IMG/VR virus record: IMGVR_UViG_3300035691_000003 | Coordinates: 10,841-74,840 of that record | From: a virus | Reading direction: 5' to 3' (one strand) | DNA length: 64,000 nucleotides | Part shown: one piece after another, positions 29,798-35,148 of the stretch | Layout of the letters: each line of letters opens with the position of its first letter | How positions within the stretch are numbered: position 1 is the stretch's first letter | Translations under genes and position numbers: made by a program | The notes under the pieces: generated by a model | Told to the model about the DNA's origin: nothing | Database searches by the model: none | What the model saw: only the letters and a program-made list of their open reading frames with translations

Positions 29798-30298
29798 ATG
29801 AATAGACGACAGTTCACATGGCGCGGGATTCTTACCTTCTTAGTCCTCGGATTCGCTGGCAGCGCTTTCAAGTGCGACTCCGATAAGGTATCAATCTACG
29901 TACTGACCATCACCAACTTTCTCAAACAGATTTCCTCTATCATGCCGCAGTGGGCGGCGACAATTACCAAGATTCTGGCAGTCGCAACCGACTTCGATGC
30001 CGCCTACAAGCATGGCGACTTCTCCAGCGCCGACAACCTGTTCAACACGCTCGACGAGAACATCCTAACGCTGACCAAAGACTTGGGCGTCAACCTCAGC
30101 GACCATGTGAAAATGCTGCTGGCGGTGATTGGGGCGACGGTGCAGACGGTGGCTGTGTTGCTGCATGAGCAGATTATGAAGCAACCGGCGTCGGCTATCG
30201 CAGCGGCCCGCGCGGCGAAGTCCAGCAACGCAGTGGAACGGTTGTCGGCCCCAGCGGCGGTCAATGCAACCTTTGAAACGGCTAAACTGAAGCCGTAA
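29798..30298 (+). CDS. putative exported (Tat-type) lipoprotein
   Basis: AGGAGG RBS; MNRRQF, hydrophobic stretch, then Cys26. Confidence 0.6.
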   Translation: MNRRQFTWRGILTFLVLGFAGSAFKCDSDKVSIYVLTITNFLKQISSIMPQWAATITKILAVATDFDAAYKHGDFSSADNLFNTLDENILTLTKDLGVNLSDHVKMLLAVIGATVQTVAVLLHEQIMKQPASAIAAARAAKSSNAVERLSAPAAVNATFETAKLKP

Positions 30299-30431
30299 GT
30301 TTCGGAACGTCTCGGTGGCTAGTAACGAGCACGATGATGAGACGGTGACATGGAAAGAAGGAAGGTACATTCGAGGCGTTCGCAACTGTTGAATCAAGCA
30401 GGTAGACCACGGCACGGGACGTTCCGAGATT
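30298..30431 (+). ncRNA. candidate stem-closed RNA
   Basis: 17-bp stem AGTTTCGGAACGTCTCG/CGGGACGTTCCGAGATT (G:U valid on +) plus inner GTGG/CCAC; intergenic. Confidence 0.45.
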
Positions 30432-30453
30432 AGCAGCACATGGAGCGGCTGTA

Positions 30454-31059
30454 ATGTTCGACTGGTTGTGGAAGATGACCAAGACCAAAGATGAGAGACA
30501 GTTTGAAATCCTCGACCAGCGGCTAATCGACATTCAGGGCAGGTTGAAGAAACTGCGCGTGGAGATCGACCAGCAAGCCAATAGCAACCAAGGAAAGTTT
30601 GACAATCTTACAAAGTTAGTAGTGGCCGAGACAGAACAGATCCTTAAGGCCATTCAGGCAATCCAACCGGCCCCGGTGCCGAATAAATCTCTGGAGGTAA
30701 CATTCGTGTTTAAAGTAGCAAACGATCATCAGGACGAACCGTATTCCATCGCCATCGGCAGCGTGACGGACGCGGAAGGCGAGACGCTTCCCGACACCAG
30801 AGGACTGACCGTGGAAGTCACGTCAAGCGATGATACGGTTGTAAGCCCCGGCTTCGACTCGGCGACGAATTCCGGCATCGCCCACTTCGGTAAATCCGGC
30901 GTTGCGTCACTGAACGCAGTCGTGAAGAACGCCAAGGGTGACATTCTCGGCAGCGGCGCGGCGGATTTTACTGTGACCACCGGCGATCCCGCAGCGGTGA
31001 GCGATGTCAAGATCTCGTTTGGCGGACTGACTGAAGAAGCACCGCCAGTGGAGGGCTAA
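30454..31059 (+). CDS. coiled-coil + Ig-like domain protein
   Basis: N-terminal coiled coil; TSSDDTVV Ig-like segment. Confidence 0.6.
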   Translation: MFDWLWKMTKTKDERQFEILDQRLIDIQGRLKKLRVEIDQQANSNQGKFDNLTKLVVAETEQILKAIQAIQPAPVPNKSLEVTFVFKVANDHQDEPYSIAIGSVTDAEGETLPDTRGLTVEVTSSDDTVVSPGFDSATNSGIAHFGKSGVASLNAVVKNAKGDILGSGAADFTVTTGDPAAVSDVKISFGGLTEEAPPVEG

Positions 31060-31062
31060 CCA

Positions 31063-31236
31063 ATGCCACTCGCATACATCTTCTGGCTGCTCATCATCCT
31101 CTGGGCCATCTTTGGGTTGGGTTATCCCTTCGTTGTGGAGACGCCCAACCGGAGGATTATCAGCGGCGGCAATCTGCTACTGTTCGTGCTCATCGTCCTG
31201 CTGGGTTGGCAGGTGTTTGGGAGTGCAGTGAAGTAG
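31063..31236 (+). CDS. small two-TM membrane protein (holin candidate; not in track)
   Basis: MPLAYIFWLLIILWAIFGLG...LLLFVLIVLLGWQVFGSAVK. Confidence 0.6.
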   Translation: MPLAYIFWLLIILWAIFGLGYPFVVETPNRRIISGGNLLLFVLIVLLGWQVFGSAVK

Positions 31237-31260
31237 TCACACCAACAGGAGACATCGTGC

Positions 31261-31848
31261 TTGCCCGGAAACAGCCGACAGGGAATAGGCGTAGACGCAA
31301 TGGGTGGGCCGGTAATCGACCCAACCAAGAACGTTCTCGACTTAACCAACGCGGCCAACAAGCGGCAAGACGACCTCCGCGAGATGTACAACCGCTTCAT
31401 CGAAGCGTCGATTCGGCGGTTAGATGAAACGGTCAGACGGGTTGAGCAGATAGCGGACCTAAGAGCACAGCACGCGCACGATGTCAGCATGATCCATCAG
31501 GCCCATGACCGTGAAATTCACAAGATGGAGCAGGACAAACTGGCGGCATTTCGGGCCAGCGATGAGATGGCGAGGATCACCGAGGCGAATCGTAGTCTCG
31601 CGGCAATCCAGGTGGTTGAGCGAACATTGAACTCCACGGCAACCGCACTGGCAAGCCAGAACGCCGAGAACAATGTGGAAGTTAATCGACGACTGGCAGC
31701 ACTTGAGAAGTCCAGCTACGAAGGCGCAGGTAAGGGGACGGGAGCCAAGAATACCGTCACCTACGTGGTGCTGGCAGTCGGCATGGTAATGTCGCTAATA
31801 ACAATCGGCTCGGTAATAGTAGCAATCGCTTTCGCAATCAGACATTAG
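31261..31848 (+). CDS. coiled-coil protein with C-terminal TM (lysis-associated?)
   Basis: AGGAG RBS, C-terminal hydrophobic helix. Confidence 0.6.
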   Translation: MPGNSRQGIGVDAMGGPVIDPTKNVLDLTNAANKRQDDLREMYNRFIEASIRRLDETVRRVEQIADLRAQHAHDVSMIHQAHDREIHKMEQDKLAAFRASDEMARITEANRSLAAIQVVERTLNSTATALASQNAENNVEVNRRLAALEKSSYEGAGKGTGAKNTVTYVVLAVGMVMSLITIGSVIVAIAFAIRH

Positions 31849-31868
31849 AACAAGGAGCAATCGCCCAG

Positions 31869-32036
31869 ATGAGTAGCAAACATGAACAAGACCACCCAGC
31901 ACCGCAAGGACTGCCGGATGAGACTCCACCGACAACCAAGCCGGTTGGACCACCGGATAAACCCGGCCCACTCGGCGACGTTCCCATCCCGCCTGAGCCG
32001 CCCAAGCCGCCTGACCCTCCCGGTGGAGGCAACTGA
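31869..32036 (+). CDS. small Pro-rich protein (55 aa; not in track)
   Basis: AAGGAG RBS; MSSKHEQDHPAPQGLPDETPP...PPGGGN. Confidence 0.45.
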   Translation: MSSKHEQDHPAPQGLPDETPPTTKPVGPPDKPGPLGDVPIPPEPPKPPDPPGGGN

Positions 32037-32041
32037 ATCAA

Positions 32042-32509
32042 ATGAGCGCCCGTCCGCTGCCGCAGGTAGATGACACGATCTACACCGTCTCACTATGGAA
32101 AGACGAACTCGACTCAACTTACAAGTGGTGGCAGAAGGCGTTCTATCGGTTCCTCTACCTGCCCTTCAATGAGTTCTCGCTGAAGGTCATCAAGATACCC
32201 AAGGCGACAGAGATTGAACGCGAGGGCGATAAGGTCCGCTTTCGTATCTGGGAAATCATCGGCCACTACGGTTCACCCGACGAGGCGGACATCACCTGCA
32301 CGACTCCTCGGCACTGTTACAAAGACTATCCCTACGGGCGGCGCTTCCCTGACATCAGCGGACAGATAGGCCATGGCCCGGTCTTCCCTCGCGCTAAAGA
32401 CCCTCGTAAGCGTATCCAGCCAATCATGGACACGACGTTTCTACCGCGCCGTGAAGTAAGCCAAATGAGAAATGAAATCGCCCGGCTGAATCAGGTACTG
32501 GACCAATGA
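32042..32509 (+). CDS. hypothetical protein
   Basis: 155 aa ORF in operon. Confidence 0.6.
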   Translation: MSARPLPQVDDTIYTVSLWKDELDSTYKWWQKAFYRFLYLPFNEFSLKVIKIPKATEIEREGDKVRFRIWEIIGHYGSPDEADITCTTPRHCYKDYPYGRRFPDISGQIGHGPVFPRAKDPRKRIQPIMDTTFLPRREVSQMRNEIARLNQVLDQ

Positions 32510-32515
32510 TCGACC

Positions 32516-32992
32516 ATGCAAGAGAACCCGACAGTTCCTCATGTTCTAATACTGGTCTCGAACTTCATTACAGCAATCCTTTCAATTGGCGGAACCCTAA
32601 CCGCTCTATGGTTTAAGGGGAGACGCGAGCCTGCCGAGGTAAGGCGCATAGACGCCGAGACCCATAACCTGCAAGTCACCACAGAAATTGCCCCGATAGG
32701 AATCAGTCTCGAATTACTGCGAGAACTCCAGGCAGTCAGAAAGAAAGCTGAGGACCGTGCTGAGCAGTCGCTATTGAAGGAAGACCAGATGCGCGGGCAG
32801 ATCCTCTTCTGGCGCAACAAGGCTGAAGAGTTGGATGGACAGTTGATTGAGTCTAAGGAAGAGGCCGCTCAGCTACAGACCCGCTATAACCTGAAAAAAG
32901 CCGAACTGGAAAAGGCGATGGGCCTACTGCAAATAAAGCACGTCAGCTACGGTGACGCGGACCAGCCGAAAGATCGCAGCGGAGAAAAATAG
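32516..32992 (+). CDS. N-terminal TM + coiled-coil protein (holin/spanin-like)
   Basis: ILVSNFITAILSIGGTLTALW, then coiled coil. Confidence 0.6.
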   Translation: MQENPTVPHVLILVSNFITAILSIGGTLTALWFKGRREPAEVRRIDAETHNLQVTTEIAPIGISLELLRELQAVRKKAEDRAEQSLLKEDQMRGQILFWRNKAEELDGQLIESKEEAAQLQTRYNLKKAELEKAMGLLQIKHVSYGDADQPKDRSGEK

Positions 32993-33108
32993 AGGCAGCA
33001 CCCGCCTCCCACAGCCAGCACCACCTCGTCGTAAAAGGAGAACAATCTCGGAAACTTAGTCGTTCCGTTGGCTGGAAGTGTAGCACAGGTGGAGCGGGCG
33101 AGCAGATA

Positions 33109-33142
33109 GAAAGACGACGCCAGTCACCCGACGCCGCCTCCC
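33109..33142 (-). terminator. hairpin at convergence of late (+) and early (-) transcription
   Basis: Minus strand: GGGAGGCGGCGTCGG-GTGA-CTGGCGTCGTCTTTC, 15 bp with G:U pairs and a GNRA loop. Confidence 0.5.
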
Positions 33143-33214
33143 ATTCCAAAGTGGTCTAGGTCTGTAGATTTTTGCCTGGTTGTCTCCTCCTTTCAATTGA
33201 TGGATTACGAACAC

Positions 33215-33588
33215 TGGTTGATTGCGTCGTGGATTCAAACCACGTTTGGGACTTCAGTAGTCAGGCACAGTCCCACCGTCAATAGGACAGATGCTGCTAT
33301 CCACGCGAGCATGGTCGCCTGGGGTCCAACTCGGCCCGTTGCTTGCCGATTTTCACAGCAGTTCTCCCCACCTCAAGAAGTCTCTGGTCTCGCCGAATGG
33401 GCTTAGCGTGCTCCAGTAGGATTACTCCACTGGTCCACGGTACTAACGAGCCGCCGTGAAAGGTTGTACTAAGTGCTTAACACCGGAGGATCGTTACCTA
33501 CCTCCCAGCCTTTCCCTCGTGCTCTCCCGCTGCACTCCTGAGTTCCTGTCACTTCCGAGCGCTTTCGTCAGAGCGCCACCGCAATCAA
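33215..33588 (-). ncRNA. large (374 nt) RNA with tRNA-like shell and 3' CCA
   Basis: TTGATTGCG/CGCAATCAA closing stem followed by CCA; D-like GCGCT..AGCGC; T-like CGTGG-TTTGAAT-CCACG; TATAAT just upstream. Confidence 0.6.
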
Positions 33589-33598
33589 AGAATTATAA

Positions 33599-33682
33599 CG
33601 TGGACCACTCCCTCCGGCTTTCACGGAGCAGCGCCAAGGATTCCGATGACAAGGCACGCGCTTATCGCGCCAGTGGCCCACG
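33599..33682 (-). ncRNA. cloverleaf-like RNA with GGGCCAC/GTGGTCC-A acceptor-like stem
   Basis: Three internal arms: GCGC/GCGC, GTGCC/GGCGC, CTCCG-TGAAAGC-CGGAG. Confidence 0.55.
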
Positions 33683-33691
33683 AGATTCAGC

Positions 33692-33943
33692 CTAGTTCAC
33701 AATCGGGCAACCATGGGCTTCCATGCACCCCTTGTAAATACCGGCGGCGTGCGTCACGCATCCCTTGAACTGGTCTGGGGTTATATCGTCTCCGTAGACT
33801 ATTACACAGCTGAGCATGTCGGCGTCGGCAAGGCCCTCACATGCGGCGTTAGCCTGATCGCAGGGAATAAACGCAGCCGATCCAGTGGGCGTGACTAGCA
33901 GCCCTATGGTGAGCAATGCCAGTATGATTAGTTTTCGTCTCAT
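33692..33943 (-). CDS. secreted six-cysteine peptide
   Basis: AGGAGA RBS; signal peptide MRRKLIILALLTIGLLVTPTGSAA; 6 Cys in mature part. Confidence 0.75.
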   Translation of the reverse strand: MRRKLIILALLTIGLLVTPTGSAAFIPCDQANAACEGLADADMLSCVIVYGDDITPDQFKGCVTHAAGIYKGCMEAHGCPIVN

Positions 33944-33981
33944 TAGTCTCTCCTGTCTAAAGGGTTAATGGTCAGGCAGTC

Positions 33982-34069
33982 TCTCAACCCACCAGTTCCG
34001 CCGTCACCGCACTCTACATTGTCACGTCTCCCGAATCGGCGACAGCCACCTCTACGCGGTGGGTTGAGA
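33982..34069 (-). ncRNA. stem-closed RNA unit
   Basis: Perfect 12-bp TCTCAACCCACC/GGTGGGTTGAGA. Confidence 0.5.
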
Positions 34070-34076
34070 AGGGGGA

Positions 34077-34162
34077 TTGCGCGGCCCCCGCAGGCGGTGG
34101 GTTCGACACGTTACGACCACCTCTCCCCGGTCTGTCCTCTCGTGCCAGAGTAAGCCGCGCAA
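34077..34162 (-). ncRNA. stem-closed RNA unit
   Basis: TTGCGCGGC/GCCGCGCAA; internal CTCT..AGAG and GGTGG..CCACC; preceded by TTGACAATTGAAT. Confidence 0.5.
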
Positions 34163-34185
34163 ACTTGATTCAATTGTCAATTCAA

Positions 34186-34261
34186 CCTTGGACCACCGCC
34201 GCCACCTTTTCAGACGGCTTGGGGTTCATCGCCAAAGATGCCGTAACCGAGTGGCCCAAGG
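34186..34261 (-). ncRNA. stem-closed RNA unit with GGGCCAC/GTGGTCC-A stem
   Basis: CCTTGGGCCAC/GTGGTCCAAGG; inner ACGGC..GCCGT. Confidence 0.5.
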
Positions 34262-34265
34262 GTCG

Positions 34266-34346
34266 GTCGAGTAGGATGATTTCAAACCGCAAGTCCGAAG
34301 ACCTACGATGAAGCAGGTGTTACCACTCTGCTCCATCCTACTCGAC
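34266..34346 (-). ncRNA. three-way-junction RNA unit
   Basis: Perfect 13-bp GTCGAGTAGGATG/CATCCTACTCGAC; inner AGCAG..CTGCT and C(TTCG)G tetraloop hairpin. Confidence 0.6.
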
Positions 34347-34351
34347 TGCGA

Positions 34352-34497
34352 TTGCGCGGGGCCGGGCTTGATACCGGCTACGGCATGTCGAGTGGCGTTC
34401 TGCCGTGTTGTCACGGCTCTTAGCTAGCATCTTCGGAACCTGCCATGCCTTCCTATCCGAATACTCAGTAGCGTTTCCTTCAACGCCGTCCGCGCAA
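34352..34497 (-). ncRNA. tRNA-like RNA with expanded anticodon domain (skipping-rope-like architecture)
   Basis: TTGCGCGG/CCGCGCAA; D-like GCGTT-GAAGGA-AACGC; T-like GCCGG-TATCAAGC-CCGGC; preceded by TTGACAACTGAAT. Confidence 0.65.
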
Positions 34498-34515
34498 ATT
34501 CAGTTGTCAATGGCC

Positions 34516-34688
34516 GTTTGCAGTGGCTCAGGTCGCTCGGCGTCCTCGTTCTCGTGCCTACCTCGCAGTTGACTCTACTGCTTCAGGCTTGTTTTTCCGA
34601 GATAAGGCAGATGGAGACGAGAGTCTTTACAGCCTCGCTCCACAGTCGTTTACCGTGGCTTTTACCGCCCTCAATGACCACTGCAAAC
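34516..34688 (-). ncRNA. multibranch RNA unit (about 173 nt)
   Basis: 11-bp GTTTGCAGTGG/CCACTGCAAAC; inner CCACGGT..ACTGTGG, TGCCT.ATCTCG/CGAGGT.AGGCA, GCAGT..ACTGC. Confidence 0.55.
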
Positions 34689-34695
34689 ATCTGAT

Positions 34696-34756
34696 GCGGG
34701 ACTTGTCTGGAGCGCCTTCGTTCTCCCCGCTGGTGTTACCAGCCAGCGAGTCCCGC
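34696..34756 (-). ncRNA. small stem-closed RNA unit
   Basis: GCGGGACT/AGTCCCGC; inner GCTGGTAACACCAGC. Confidence 0.45.
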
Positions 34757-34909
34757 GCAACTATGCCGCGACTTGTATTAACGGCGCTCGCGGCCAACGA
34801 CGAGCGGTTCAACGTAGCCGCCACCGTCGGGTTCTCCGTTCCCGCTATCTGGTCATCCTGTCAATTCAGGCGGTTGACGGGAGCACTTTAATTACATCGT
34901 CCTCCCCAG

Positions 34910-34989
34910 ATCACTGGTGCCCCACCCATCGTTCAGTGTCCGCTTGCGCGGTGAATGCTCAGTCTATTGACGAGCGAGTGGGGCGTGAT
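34910..34989 (-). ncRNA. stem-closed RNA unit with GNRA tetraloop
   Basis: ATCAC.GCCCCA/TGGGGC..GTGAT; inner GCTC.GTC-AATA-GAC.GAGC and CCGC-GCAA-GCGG. Confidence 0.5.
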
Positions 34990-35142
34990 TCAAATATCCA
35001 TCGCGCACTCGTGTGTACACTCAGCGCAACAGTCGCAAAAGTCATCGCTGTCATTGTCGTTTATCTCAACCGCGTAAGGACAGCTATGGGATTCGTCCGT
35101 TGCTTCATTTTGGCAGCCCGCTCGACCTGTGCATTTAGCCAT
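34990..35142 (-). CDS. small Cys-rich protein (50 aa; not in track)
   Basis: MAKCTGRAGCQN...HSCPYAVEINDNDSDDFCDCCAECTHECAMDI. Confidence 0.65.
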   Translation of the reverse strand: MAKCTGRAGCQNEATDESHSCPYAVEINDNDSDDFCDCCAECTHECAMDI

Positions 35143-35148
35143 GGTAGC

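Noticed and set aside
1261-32820. Numerous antisense ORFs over the structural genes
   Set aside because: Shadow frames of GC-rich coding sequence, without RBS or motifs
33215-33588. tmRNA, RNase P RNA or group I intron-containing tRNA
   Set aside because: No Ala acceptor or tag frame. GAGGGAAAGGC only loosely resembles the RNase P P4 motif and has no 3' partner. CAGAGACTT/AAGTC hints at P7, but J8/7, P3, P4 and P6 could not be built
33601-33679. Canonical tRNA-Ala
   Set aside because: No TTC in the T-loop, a 17-nt anticodon loop and extra bases before the acceptor 3' strand
33056-34891. Track ORFs 33056..33238, 33197..33406, 33456..33695, 33968..34153, 34226..34414, 34523..34891, 34627..34824
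   Set aside because: No RBS, atypical composition, and they overlap strongly paired RNA elements
33982-34989. CRISPR array
   Set aside because: No identical direct repeats at regular spacing; the elements are unit-specific inverted repeats
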